In this document: one piece after another, positions 51,791 to 60,808 of the stretch
Layout of the letters: every line of letters starts with the position of its first letter
How positions within the stretch are numbered: the first letter of the stretch is position 1
Virus record (IMG/VR): IMGVR_UViG_3300022074_000024
Coordinates: 7,803 to 71,802 of that record
DNA from: a virus
Length of the DNA stretch: 64,000 nucleotides
Reading direction: 5' to 3' (one strand)
Program-made: the position numbers and the translations under genes
Notes under the pieces: model-generated
The model's database searches: none
Seen by the model: the letters and a program-made list of their open reading frames with translations, nothing else
Told to the model about the DNA's origin: nothing

Positions 51791-53713
51791 TTATCCTCTT
51801 GTCAATGCTCCGTTTGAATAACTTGAAGTAACTTTATATCCAACACCAGATATCTGTTCACCAGACGTAATAGTGTCTTTAACCATATTTATGGAACTAT
51901 CACCAACTGCAAATGTAAGATATAAGTCCTTTAAACTTAAAATATCATTTGACTCTGGAAATGCTTGAATTTCAATAATATTATTTGATTTTTCAGTTGA
52001 TGTTATATTGATTGTATTTAAAATTATTTCACCATGTACATAATCTACAATTCCAGCAGATGCCACTACAAGTTGATCTCCATCACCCTTAACTATAGCT
52101 ATAATTCCCTTTCCACTTCCATCTAAACTACCATTTATATTTTTATTTGGTATATCTGTAAAATATACAGTATCATTTTGATTTTGAATTGTAAATCCAG
52201 TGCTCTTAATATTTCTTCCTATAGGATTTATGTAAAATCTATTACCATAACATAATTCATATTGTGCGAATTGATTTGTAAGTGCTTTAAGATTCCTTCT
52301 TATAATAACACGACTTATATTTGATGATATTGCACTATCAATATTATCAATTACATTTAATACTTTACTATATTTAAATCTACCACCAAATTTATTAAGT
52401 TCAGTGGATTGACCATAAGTTGTCAATCCATTTATAATTTTAGTTTTTAAATTAGATACTGTGGATACCTTAGAAGGATCATAGTACACATATGAATCAA
52501 GCTCAACGTATAATAATTTAAGATCTAAGATTTTCTGGTTGATACCTGTTAATGAGTAACTTTTTAACTTTGATAAAATTTGTGTTTTATCAAAGTCCGA
52601 TACAAATTCACCATTTTTTGGTTTGATTGTGATTGAAACTGTTCCAAATTCAGGTGGATCAAGTTCTTCACCACCAACAACAGATACTGACTCAGTATTT
52701 GGATAGATTGTTTGGATTATTGACTCATAATCCCTTGCTGTAACTGCTCTGTACTGTGATGAATAGAGTCTAGGTGCAAAATACTTAATTGAGTCAATTG
52801 ACTCAATGTTGCCTCCATTAGATGCCGATGAGACAGTTGTAATAGTGGGTGTGGATGATGGTAATTGAATTTGATTTGAAGATGATACAACACTACCTGC
52901 ATAACTAAAAGATGCTGGACCGTTACCTTCTACACCATCTGTGACAATATAGGAAACAGTAATTACTGCATCGTTATCTATTTTTTTACCAAAAACTCCA
53001 TCACCAAAAAGTAATTCATATCTTTCATCAGTTACTTCTTGTAGTAAGTATACTTCAGAAGTATCAGTTATGTTTAATATATTATCAACTTTACGATATT
53101 CTCTTTCAGTAGTATCAGAAATACCACTTACCTTAACAACTATGGTTGAAGTATCAATAAATGAGTTTTCAAGAATAAATCTTTGATCAAGTGACCCATC
53201 AACAGTAAAGGTTTTTGTTAAGTAAGTTCCTTGATATACAATTATATTATTAAATGAGGATGTACTTGAAATTATATTACCTGCACTATCAGTTAACTGA
53301 TTTGTAACTGAAGTTATTGATTCTGGAATTGAAAAAACATAAGAAGTATCATTACTTGTGCCTACACAAACTAATCCTGCTTGTAAAGTTAGTGTTGGTG
53401 TATTTCCACTTGTAGTAATGTCAAAAGATATTGTAGCTTGAGCAGCAGTTCTTGATCTTGGTACGTATCCAACGTTTCGAGCAAGTGAAACAACGTTTTC
53501 ACGTACTGTAGCAGAGTCTAAAAACGACTCATTTACAATCATGTTAGAGTTAAATGCTGTAATATACGTATTATATGCTAAAGTATCAATTAAAACGGAA
53601 AAATTTGACCCCTCAAAGTCAAAATCAGTAAAATCTGAGTTTGCACGGAGATAATCTTTAATTGATGTCTTGATTTGATCAAAATCTAGGTTCGTAAACT
53701 TAGTAAAAGGCAT
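51791..53713 (-). CDS. gp6: Baseplate wedge subunit
   Basis: LDFDQIK, DFDFEGS, YELLFGDG, RAVTARDY. Confidence 0.95.
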   Translation of the reverse strand: MPFTKFTNLDFDQIKTSIKDYLRANSDFTDFDFEGSNFSVLIDTLAYNTYITAFNSNMIVNESFLDSATVRENVVSLARNVGYVPRSRTAAQATISFDITTSGNTPTLTLQAGLVCVGTSNDTSYVFSIPESITSVTNQLTDSAGNIISSTSSFNNIIVYQGTYLTKTFTVDGSLDQRFILENSFIDTSTIVVKVSGISDTTEREYRKVDNILNITDTSEVYLLQEVTDERYELLFGDGVFGKKIDNDAVITVSYIVTDGVEGNGPASFSYAGSVVSSSNQIQLPSSTPTITTVSSASNGGNIESIDSIKYFAPRLYSSQYRAVTARDYESIIQTIYPNTESVSVVGGEELDPPEFGTVSITIKPKNGEFVSDFDKTQILSKLKSYSLTGINQKILDLKLLYVELDSYVYYDPSKVSTVSNLKTKIINGLTTYGQSTELNKFGGRFKYSKVLNVIDNIDSAISSNISRVIIRRNLKALTNQFAQYELCYGNRFYINPIGRNIKSTGFTIQNQNDTVYFTDIPNKNINGSLDGSGKGIIAIVKGDGDQLVVASAGIVDYVHGEIILNTINITSTEKSNNIIEIQAFPESNDILSLKDLYLTFAVGDSSINMVKDTITSGEQISGVGYKVTSSYSNGALTRG

Positions 53714-54115
53714 TTATCTTGTTGCTTCGAGCATGAATGTGAATTCTTGTGTAGGAATTTCCTGTCCAACAATATCAAAAAATACCGTAACCTCAAATTC
53801 ATTCAAATCTGGTCTTGGTCTTACTTCAACTACTACATTATCTATTCTAGGTTCAAAATTTTCAAGTGTAATTTCAATTTGGTTCTGTATAACAGACGCA
53901 GTACCAAAATCTACGAAGTCAAATAGGCTATCACGCACCTCTGAACCCAATGATGAGTTAAAAAATCTCTCAGTTGGGATGGTTTGCACTAAATTTCTTA
54001 CAGATTTCTTAATTGCGTTCTCATTTTTGAGAATTGTAAGATCTTTTGTGACAGGATGAGGGGTAAAAGACAAACTAATGTCTTTAAATCCTCTTGATAT
54101 GCGTTTTATTGCCAT
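53714..54115 (-). CDS. gp25: Baseplate wedge subunit
   Basis: AIKKSVRNL, ERFF, FEPRI. Confidence 0.93.
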   Translation of the reverse strand: MAIKRISRGFKDISLSFTPHPVTKDLTILKNENAIKKSVRNLVQTIPTERFFNSSLGSEVRDSLFDFVDFGTASVIQNQIEITLENFEPRIDNVVVEVRPRPDLNEFEVTVFFDIVGQEIPTQEFTFMLEATR

Positions 54116-54168
54116 GTAAACAGTTGTTTCCTGTTTTATTTATGACACTTTTTACAGAATGTTATTAT

Positions 54169-54858
54169 TTATCCCAATTCGGGTTCAAAAGGCTTTCGAT
54201 CTGATGTTTTTTGCCTTTCTTTTGCTGTTTTCCAGAAATAATTCTCTTCAGAACCCAATCCATCACGATCATGACCGTTTTCTACCTGATAATAAACGGT
54301 TGAAACCTTAAAATCTGGTGATTTTGGTGTTTCGGGTGTAATACTGTTATCATAGATACGCATTCTGTTGTTTGGATAGAGACAAAACTGTCCATTGTCC
54401 AATTCTAAGAGGTTATGAGACTTATGTTCGGCAGGTTGTTCACTTGTAGAGTAGTCAATTGAGTCTACATCTTGGTGATAATTGTCTAAAGTACAAATAT
54501 ATGTGCCAGTTTGGTTGCCATAGTCTCTTGTATAAACCTCATAGTGCATTGAACCGATAAATTGCTTCTGAACTGCAACGACTCCATAGTCCATACAGTT
54601 CCAAAACTGCAAATTGTGCAGTGTCATGTCAGGAGTTGGTGTTTCTGGGTCGGATGTAAACGCAGAAATCGGTAATTTATCGAACATTGCAGCATATTCG
54701 GGTAAATATGTCTCAAAATAAAACGCACGACCAGGTATACTCTTCGCAGATACCCATACTCCTTTTACAAATTCACCATGACCACTCTTATGATCAGTCA
54801 AATACTCTTTTCTTACCCATACTTCATAAGAAGGTAGGTTCGCAATCAAACAAGCCAT
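54169..54858 (-). CDS. Conserved phage hypothetical protein
   Basis: VRKEYL, WNC, EHKSHN, LYPNNR motifs. Confidence 0.8.
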   Translation of the reverse strand: MACLIANLPSYEVWVRKEYLTDHKSGHGEFVKGVWVSAKSIPGRAFYFETYLPEYAAMFDKLPISAFTSDPETPTPDMTLHNLQFWNCMDYGVVAVQKQFIGSMHYEVYTRDYGNQTGTYICTLDNYHQDVDSIDYSTSEQPAEHKSHNLLELDNGQFCLYPNNRMRIYDNSITPETPKSPDFKVSTVYYQVENGHDRDGLGSEENYFWKTAKERQKTSDRKPFEPELG

Positions 54859-54996
54859 CTATTTTCCTTGTCCTTTATATCTTTTACGAGCCGAGTTACG
54901 GGATGTTGCCGAGTATTTCGAGTGTTTTCCCTTTCCTTGACGAGTTTTTTTCGGGTGGGTTTCAATTGTGTTACCCATGCTAAACGTTTTTGCCAT
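54859..54996 (-). CDS. Small basic protein (45 aa)
   Basis: Hand-translated MAKTFSMGNTIETHPKKTRQGKGKHSKYSATSRNSARKRYKGQGK. Confidence 0.7.
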   Translation of the reverse strand: MAKTFSMGNTIETHPKKTRQGKGKHSKYSATSRNSARKRYKGQGK

Positions 54997-55160
54997 TAAT
55001 TTTCCTTAATTTCAGTTCTAAGTTCGAGCGGATGCGGTGTACCTTCAGCATAAAACTTATCTGCCAGTTCCTCCATCTTCGTAAAGTATTCCTCCTCTGT
55101 CAGATTCTCAAAAAGAACCTCACCTTTATGAGTAATCTTATATAACTCTGGTTTTTTCAT
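54996..55160 (-). CDS. Small hypothetical protein (54 aa)
   Basis: Hand-translated MKKPELYKITHKGEVLFENLTEEEY...; TAATG coupling to next gene. Confidence 0.65.
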   Translation of the reverse strand: MKKPELYKITHKGEVLFENLTEEEYFTKMEELADKFYAEGTPHPLELRTEIKEN

Positions 55161-55902
55161 GTCCTACACGAATACGAGGGTCACACATAATACGGAAACC
55201 TGCCTCTTTTGCGTCTAAACAGAATGAGACATCTTCTCCACACATGTCTTGAACAGCACCAGATTCAAATATCTGCATCTTCGGAGCAAACCAAGGATAC
55301 TTAATCTGATCATCTTCAAAGACACCGTGCTTAATCAGTAACCATCCGAAACCTGCATAGTCAACTGTGAATGGTTTTGATCTCTTTGCAATTGAATCAA
55401 GTGTTTCATGGTTCATCACTCCACCATTACCTTTGAAGTCATCCTCATCTAACCAGTGAGCGACTGAAGTTGTCTTACCATCTTCTGTGCAATACCAACC
55501 TGATGCAATCTTTTCGTCCATTAAAACAAGTTGATAGAACTTTTCAACATTAAAAACGATATCTGAGTCAATCCATAACTGATAATCATACTTAAGTTTA
55601 CCATCCCAAGGTAATTGATCAGGACCTCGAAGAACATTTGCACCAAGACATTTACAACGGGCAAAATTGACCATTGATGAATAATCTTGTGATATTTGTA
55701 TACTTGCCTTTGCTTGAACTAAGTCAAAGCATAGTGTCACAAAGTTCTTTAGAAATGTATATGATACTCCTCGACCTGGTAGACAGAACACAACTGTCTT
55801 ACCTGCTATCATTTGTTTTGCTTTATCGTAGTCCCACTCTGGTGCTTTTGCTTCTTTCTTTGCTTTTGCTGCAGCTGATTTAACAGTAAATCCTTTTGCC
55901 AT
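55138..55902 (-). CDS. GT-A fold glycosyltransferase-like protein
   Basis: DxD motif WIDSD, GFGW, GEDVSFC, C-terminal VGH; TTGACA-N17-TATTAT at 55925-55953. Confidence 0.8.
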   Translation of the reverse strand: MAKGFTVKSAAAKAKKEAKAPEWDYDKAKQMIAGKTVVFCLPGRGVSYTFLKNFVTLCFDLVQAKASIQISQDYSSMVNFARCKCLGANVLRGPDQLPWDGKLKYDYQLWIDSDIVFNVEKFYQLVLMDEKIASGWYCTEDGKTTSVAHWLDEDDFKGNGGVMNHETLDSIAKRSKPFTVDYAGFGWLLIKHGVFEDDQIKYPWFAPKMQIFESGAVQDMCGEDVSFCLDAKEAGFRIMCDPRIRVGHEKTRVI

Positions 55903-55949
55903 ACTAATGTTCAATTATAATTATATAATACACTATTATCTATACATTG

Positions 55950-56123
55950 TCAATAAGAGTGTTCTGTATTGTTATCCGAATGTTCATCATTGACTTCAAC
56001 ATAAAATAAATCATCTTTATGATAGGAAGAGTAGATTCTATCCCAGACAATATCAAATATTTCTTTCTCTAAGTTTTTAAACAATACCTTATCTTCAAGG
56101 TATATGTGATAACTCTTATTCAT
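55950..56123 (-). CDS. Small hypothetical protein
   Basis: MNKSYHIYLEDKVLFKNL...; resembles 54996-55160. Confidence 0.6.
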   Translation of the reverse strand: MNKSYHIYLEDKVLFKNLEKEIFDIVWDRIYSSYHKDDLFYVEVNDEHSDNNTEHSY

Positions 56124-56268
56124 CGGGATGTTTACAAAAACTTGGTTCTTCATCATACTTTCTTTCATAGTCATATCCATCCAATACAACTACTGGTGCA
56201 ACTACCGAATGAAACTCTCGAAAGTACTCCATTCGATCCTCTGCAAACTTAAGTGGTTCTTTACTCAT
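56116..56268 (-). CDS. Small hypothetical protein (50 aa)
   Basis: Hand-translated MSKEPLKFAEDRMEYFREFHSVVAPVVVL...; fills the gap with overlaps at both ends. Confidence 0.5.
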   Translation of the reverse strand: MSKEPLKFAEDRMEYFREFHSVVAPVVVLDGYDYERKYDEEPSFCKHPDE

Positions 56269-56449
56269 CTGATTCTGTGATGATTACTTCTTCTGTATCG
56301 ATGTTGAATTTTATTTTAGTTCCCTCATACCAGTTCATCTCATTCATGATCCATTCTGGTATGATCGTATAATATTCACCCGTAACCATATCGGTCTCTA
56401 TTGAAGTCAAAATTTCGTCGGGATTTTTTTTCATGTAGGTGGATTTCAT
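56261..56449 (-). CDS. AbrB/MazE-like small DNA-binding protein
   Basis: GEYYTIIPEWIMNEMNWYEGTKIKF pattern. Confidence 0.55.
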   Translation of the reverse strand: MKSTYMKKNPDEILTSIETDMVTGEYYTIIPEWIMNEMNWYEGTKIKFNIDTEEVIITESDE

Positions 56450-56589
56450 TTTCCTTTTTCAGTTTATCTATACCTGGAGAAATTTTTGTATATAAAATGC
56501 AACATTTATCACGCTTCCGTAACACTTTGTAGGTTAGGTTCCCTTTGCGTTTTTATATACGGGGGGCGGCAACCCCCCAACTGCTGTAG

Positions 56590-57489
56590 TCACGAACGAA
56601 TGATATTAAAATTATAATATGAAAAGGTCTCTCTGTCAACTAACTTATATGTTCCGTGACGACCTGCCATGACGTACCCCTCTCCGTTGACTAACTCCTT
56701 ACCAAGAAAGCAATCGCATTTAAAATTGTCTCTCATCAGTTCCATGAACTCAGTCTTTATACTCTCCACAAGTAACCACAACCGCACCAACTGATAATTA
56801 GCAAACTCCTCCGCAACCACTTCGTCACCATCACGAATGTATGCGTTTAAATCCTGCTTCAACTGCTTTGCTTCCTTCGGTGTTGCAAAGTCCACAAGTG
56901 TTGCCATCTGACGGGCAAAACCGATCATAAGGTCAATGTCTATGGTTGCACCTTTATCAGTAATCCACGCATCAGGTTGAATGAAGTCAGCACCACGACC
57001 ACTTAACAAAACGAATGTAAGAGGTTTTGCGTTCATGTCCTTGAGTGTGCTTCCAGTATAATAAGTATGCGGAGCAACAACAACTCCTCCGTCCATTACT
57101 CTGTCAAAGGTATAACTAATTGCATTGGGTTTGTAATCTCTGTAACCACCGAACCCGATAAAGTCACCTTGAAACACTGAGAACGGAACTTCTTCAGTAC
57201 GTGGCAAACAATTAAGGCATCTGATTAAGATTGATTGCAATTCTACGTTTTTGTGATTGTTGCATATGTCCTCTACAGTATAATTAATCTTCGGGGTCTT
57301 CTTATTAAATACGGACTTCGTGCCTACAAAAAACTTTCCATTCTCTGGGTTAGTTCCCCATACTATAGCGGGTGATCCGTCTATCTTCACGGAATAAGAG
57401 TTATGCATTCTGTTTGAGAATGCATCCAGTACAGATAAGTCACCTGTAAGAATTGTGTCCTCTGGGTGTTCAATGTGTAAGTTTTTCAT
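56590..57489 (-). CDS. Conserved phage protein with KxDG motif (DUF6267-like, ligase-like fold)
   Basis: MKNLHIEHPED, KIDGSPAIVWG, FFVGTKSVFN, QGD, EGYV, KLVDR. Confidence 0.72.
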   Translation of the reverse strand: MKNLHIEHPEDTILTGDLSVLDAFSNRMHNSYSVKIDGSPAIVWGTNPENGKFFVGTKSVFNKKTPKINYTVEDICNNHKNVELQSILIRCLNCLPRTEEVPFSVFQGDFIGFGGYRDYKPNAISYTFDRVMDGGVVVAPHTYYTGSTLKDMNAKPLTFVLLSGRGADFIQPDAWITDKGATIDIDLMIGFARQMATLVDFATPKEAKQLKQDLNAYIRDGDEVVAEEFANYQLVRLWLLVESIKTEFMELMRDNFKCDCFLGKELVNGEGYVMAGRHGTYKLVDRETFSYYNFNIIRS

Positions 57490-57490
57490 A

Positions 57491-57748
57491 TTAAGCACCT
57501 TGGTAAACTGCTGTTGCGTAGTTGCTGCACGGATGCGGATTGCTTGGAGTGCAACCGAATGAAGCAAAAAATGTGTCTAACTGCTCAAGGTTTAGGTCTG
57601 GGTCGTCAAAGTCAACTTGTGATATGTGGTCTACTCCCCACTCTGCAACCTCAATTACGAATGTCTCAAAGTCTTCGCAGACATAAGCAACATTCTCAAA
57701 ACTGTCATTCTTTTTGATTCCGTTGATGATTCTTTCTGTTTTTGTCAT
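57491..57748 (-). CDS. Early hypothetical protein
   Basis: ORF directly downstream of an early promoter module. Confidence 0.7.
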   Translation of the reverse strand: MTKTERIINGIKKNDSFENVAYVCEDFETFVIEVAEWGVDHISQVDFDDPDLNLEQLDTFFASFGCTPSNPHPCSNYATAVYQGA

Positions 57749-57771
57749 GGTGTTTTGTGGTGTATGTACTT

Positions 57772-57829
57772 ATTATAAAGGATAGAGGGGTATGTTGTAT
57801 ACCCCTTGTGACAGTTTATAAATCGTCCA
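57772..57829 (-). promoter_or_regulatory. Early promoter module A
   Basis: TATAAT 57772-57777, hairpin 57786-57806, degenerate palindrome 57808-57829. Confidence 0.7.
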
Positions 57830-58067
57830 TCATCTCCTGCATTTCGTCAAAGTCTGCTTCGTCCCACTTTGCTCCGTCGGGTGTTTTGGTCATTCCCATA
57901 TCTGTCATGACTTCAATGAACTGCCCGTAAGTTCTAAAGTCTTTTGCTAAGTTGTATAAACCTTCGTCCCCTCCTATCCACAACGCACAGTTCCAAGTTG
58001 TCCAGTCTGCCCATCCGTTGTACTCTGTTCTTGGTGTGTCTGTGAGATTGATTGCTGTTTGAAACAT
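57816..58067 (-). CDS. Early hypothetical protein (YNGW...TW..ALWI family)
   Basis: ORF; AAGGAG RBS. Confidence 0.78.
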   Translation of the reverse strand: MFQTAINLTDTPRTEYNGWADWTTWNCALWIGGDEGLYNLAKDFRTYGQFIEVMTDMGMTKTPDGAKWDEADFDEMQEMMDDL

Positions 58068-58096
58068 TGATGTAACTCCTTTTGGTGTATGTACTT

Positions 58097-58154
58097 ATTA
58101 TAATGGATATTGGGGACTGTGGTAGTCCCCTTGTGCCACTTTATGAACTGGCCG
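58097..58154 (-). promoter_or_regulatory. Early promoter module B
   Basis: TATAAT, hairpin ggggact/agtcccc, gtgccactttatgaactggc. Confidence 0.75.
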
Positions 58155-58156
58155 CC

Positions 58157-58396
58157 TTACATGTACGATGTAAGTGCGTGAGGTTTATTATTCTCATATG
58201 AGAGTGAAGTTAAATAAACTCCCATATAATTCTGAACCTCATCAAAGAGTTTTGCAACATGGTCATCCTCTGTTTTGCCTTCAACGTCCCAAATACCGAT
58301 TGCATTTTGAACTTTGAACTTGAGATCCTCAATCTCTTTGGCATTTTTGAATTTTGGATCAAATTCAATATTTGTGACAATGAATTTCTTATTCAT
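58157..58396 (-). CDS. Early hypothetical protein
   Basis: MNKKFIVTNIEFD...; TAATG coupling. Confidence 0.65.
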   Translation of the reverse strand: MNKKFIVTNIEFDPKFKNAKEIEDLKFKVQNAIGIWDVEGKTEDDHVAKLFDEVQNYMGVYLTSLSYENNKPHALTSYM

Positions 58397-58548
58397 TAGT
58401 TTGCCCTCCATGAGAATGAATTTTCTCCATTGATTTGATCAATCAAGGCATTTGTTTTTTTATCGTTCTCCTTCTCCAAGTCATCGCACATTTTAATCAA
58501 TGCTCTCAACCCTGCTACTTCCTTCTCAAATTGTTCAGTGGTGTACAT
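58396..58548 (-). CDS. Early small protein (50 aa)
   Basis: Hand-translated MYTTEQFEKEVAGLRALIK...; GGAG RBS and TATAAT upstream. Confidence 0.6.
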   Translation of the reverse strand: MYTTEQFEKEVAGLRALIKMCDDLEKENDKKTNALIDQINGENSFSWRAN

Positions 58549-58621
58549 GAATAACTCCGTGGTGGTGTATAACTCTATTATAGTTGATTAAGGGCACTTA
58601 TCCAGTACCCTTAACAATGAT

Positions 58622-58864
58622 TTAATATTCTGAAACAATTCTCAACCAACTCCAAACCTCTGATTTGGTTAACCATCCTCTGACATCCTGCCATTCGTGG
58701 TCGTCATAATGAAGTTTGTCTCCCTTTAAAAGTGCAATCTCATAAAGACCTTCTTTACCTCCGTAAGAATGCTCATGACATGCAACGGATAGACCATATC
58801 CATTTTCGCAGTAATACCTTACTACTTCGTCATTTGGTCTGATTACTCTTTTTTCTTTGTACAT
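58622..58864 (-). CDS. Early hypothetical protein (NGYG.SV...SYGG..GLYEIA family)
   Basis: ORF; promoter module D at 58893-58950. Confidence 0.75.
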   Translation of the reverse strand: MYKEKRVIRPNDEVVRYYCENGYGLSVACHEHSYGGKEGLYEIALLKGDKLHYDDHEWQDVRGWLTKSEVWSWLRIVSEY

Positions 58865-59199
58865 AGTTTTGAAACTTTGTTTGTATACCTTTATTATAAG
58901 GGATAATTGGTTAGTGTGTAGTCAGTGTGTGCCACTTAATAAACTGTCATTCTCCTTTTGCAATTTGTTTACAGTTCGTCTATAATCGATTTCGGTTGCG
59001 ATTGCCATCCCCACTGTATAAAGTGCATAGCAACCGCCGATCAGTATAAAAAGTTCAATTCCTGTCATTTAAAATTCCTCTCTGAATAGTTGATAGTAAA
59101 GTTCGTTCATAAGACCAACTTCAAACGATGTGCTTGCGTGTTGGTCGGTTACTCCTTCGTAACATTTTAAAATTTCGTCGTATCCGTCGAATTCATACA

Positions 59200-59328
59200 T
59201 CATTGGCATAAATCCTCAAATCTTTTGTTTGCGATTTCGATTTGCTTATCTTCGTCAAGGTAAGGAAAGTTCTCCTGTACCTCGTCAAAAATGTCTAAAA
59301 GCATGTCTTCGTGGGTTAGTGTACTCAT
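59200..59328 (-). CDS. Early small acidic protein (42 aa)
   Basis: Hand-translated MSTLTHEDMLLDIFDEVQENFP...KRFEDLCQ; two further tiny coupled ORFs at 59069-59209 and 58922-59068. Confidence 0.6.
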   Translation of the reverse strand: MSTLTHEDMLLDIFDEVQENFPYLDEDKQIEIANKRFEDLCQ

Positions 59329-59333
59329 GATAA

Positions 59334-59513
59334 TTAATAGGTGATTACTTGAAAGTGTGCGTTAATAAAGTCGTCTTCTCTTTTTCTTTTTCTAAGTTCC
59401 TGCTGTGCGTCAAACAATCTCTGGTCTTCTTCGGTTGTATTTAAAAGACTTAACTTAGACAATGCTTTTACGATTGCGTTTAGTTCGTCTGTAGATTTGC
59501 GAGTCATGTTCAT
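59334..59513 (-). CDS. Early small protein
   Basis: MNMTRKSTDELNAIVKALSKLSLLNT... Confidence 0.6.
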   Translation of the reverse strand: MNMTRKSTDELNAIVKALSKLSLLNTTEEDQRLFDAQQELRKRKREDDFINAHFQVITY

Positions 59514-59572
59514 AATAGAATGATGATAAGGATGTAAAGAAAGATTGATGTTGATATATTCATTATAACCTC

Positions 59573-59794
59573 CTAGACCAAGTTGTCTAGGTAGGTTTGT
59601 GCCACTTCTTTGGTTGTCCCACCATCGATCCATTTGTTAATATGTCGTGATGTGGTCACACTCCACCATTTTTCTGTTCTTACATATCCCTCCCCGAATA
59701 CATAAGCAGCAACTGGTGTGCGGTAGGAAAATAAAATTCTTGCTTCAGAAGTTTCAACCTCTGTCATGTTGCTTGCGATTGGTGTTAGTTGCAT
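59573..59794 (-). CDS. Early conserved protein (FSYRTPVAA...S.TTSRHINKW family)
   Basis: ORF; AAGGAG RBS; promoter module E at 59820-59877. Confidence 0.8.
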   Translation of the reverse strand: MQLTPIASNMTEVETSEARILFSYRTPVAAYVFGEGYVRTEKWWSVTTSRHINKWIDGGTTKEVAQTYLDNLV

Positions 59795-59876
59795 TTAATG
59801 CTCCTTTGATTACTTTTATAATATAACCCACTTTTGAATAGAGTGGGGAAACTATGTGCCACTTTATGAACTGGCA

Positions 59877-60017
59877 CTATTTCATTACTACATCCACTAA
59901 ATTGTCGTATGTTTGTACGTCCCAACCTTTCTGCTCTGGGACTTCCATTTCATAACCAAACATAACGAGTTCCTGTAGGTACTCAAGTTGACCATCTGTA
60001 AGTTCAATCTTATGCAT
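59877..60017 (-). CDS. Early small protein (46 aa)
   Basis: Hand-translated MHKIELTDGQLEYLQELV... Confidence 0.55.
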   Translation of the reverse strand: MHKIELTDGQLEYLQELVMFGYEMEVPEQKGWDVQTYDNLVDVVMK

Positions 60018-60303
60018 TTTTGAAAACCTCCGCATAATAATCAATTTGCTGTGTATCTCTTTTGAGTATGCACATCTGGTTAACGTGCATTAAGTGTGAG
60101 ATGTGATGCTCTGTAAGTTCTGAGAAGTTCTCCCAATCATAAACAGGAATCGCATTATCCACGTCAAGTGACCCATCTTTAAACTCTGGTGCTGAGATAA
60201 ACAACCCTTGGTCATCAATCCAAAAACCCATTCCAAAAAGTACGGATGAATAAACTAAGTCCTCGTTATAGAGTTCTTTTACAAATTTTGTTTTGGTGGT
60301 CAT
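60010..60303 (-). CDS. Early hypothetical protein
   Basis: ORF; promoter module F at 60330-60387. Confidence 0.7.
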   Translation of the reverse strand: MTTKTKFVKELYNEDLVYSSVLFGMGFWIDDQGLFISAPEFKDGSLDVDNAIPVYDWENFSELTEHHISHLMHVNQMCILKRDTQQIDYYAEVFKNA

Positions 60304-60652
60304 TTTTTAAAATGTTCCTTTACTCTCTTAATATAATCCATATTGCATAAAAAAAGTGCCACTAGTGGACACTTTATAAACTGGCACAAGATCGATTGCA
60401 ATCCAGCTGGATTTTTTTTATAATAAGGATAAGTCTGGGGTAGGACTTTTCCAAAAACTTTCGTCACCGAAGCAGCGCAATTTTATTTTTATGAGAATAT
60501 CGTGACCTTCCGTGTCAAGTGGAGGTGTGCCACTTTCTTTTCTGGCACATCGGGTCTTGCCTTACCCCCGATCTTGTGCTAATATATGATTCATAGTGCG
60601 CGGTATCATCCGTTACACCATATGTGTGCGCTCATAATCTAGTGCGAGTATG

Positions 60653-60808
60653 TCAGCATGCATAATGCATATATGCTAACGTCTGAAAGTTGGTGCTTTC
60701 TCGTCTTGCATAGTTCTCGTCGAGTTCTGCATATGTGTGCATACTCTCGTCGAGATCATCATGTACTGATATCTCGTAATCCCACATGAACTCGTAGTCG
60801 TACTCCAT
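60653..60808 (-). CDS. Small acidic Tyr-rich ORF inside the repeat locus
   Basis: MEYDYEF...LAYMHYAC; consensus TTGACA-N17-TATAAT at 60842-60870. Confidence 0.5.
   Translation of the reverse strand: MEYDYEFMWDYEISVHDDLDESMHTYAELDENYARRESTNFQTLAYMHYAC

Noticed and set aside
450-54983. Many plus-strand and off-frame ORFs in the track (e.g. 13730-14101, 35748-36308, 1287-1565)
   Set aside because: They overlap well-supported minus-strand genes and lack recognisable motifs
59856-59877. Early palindrome as an NtcA or Pho box
   Set aside because: Does not match GTA-N8-TAC or direct-repeat Pho box patterns
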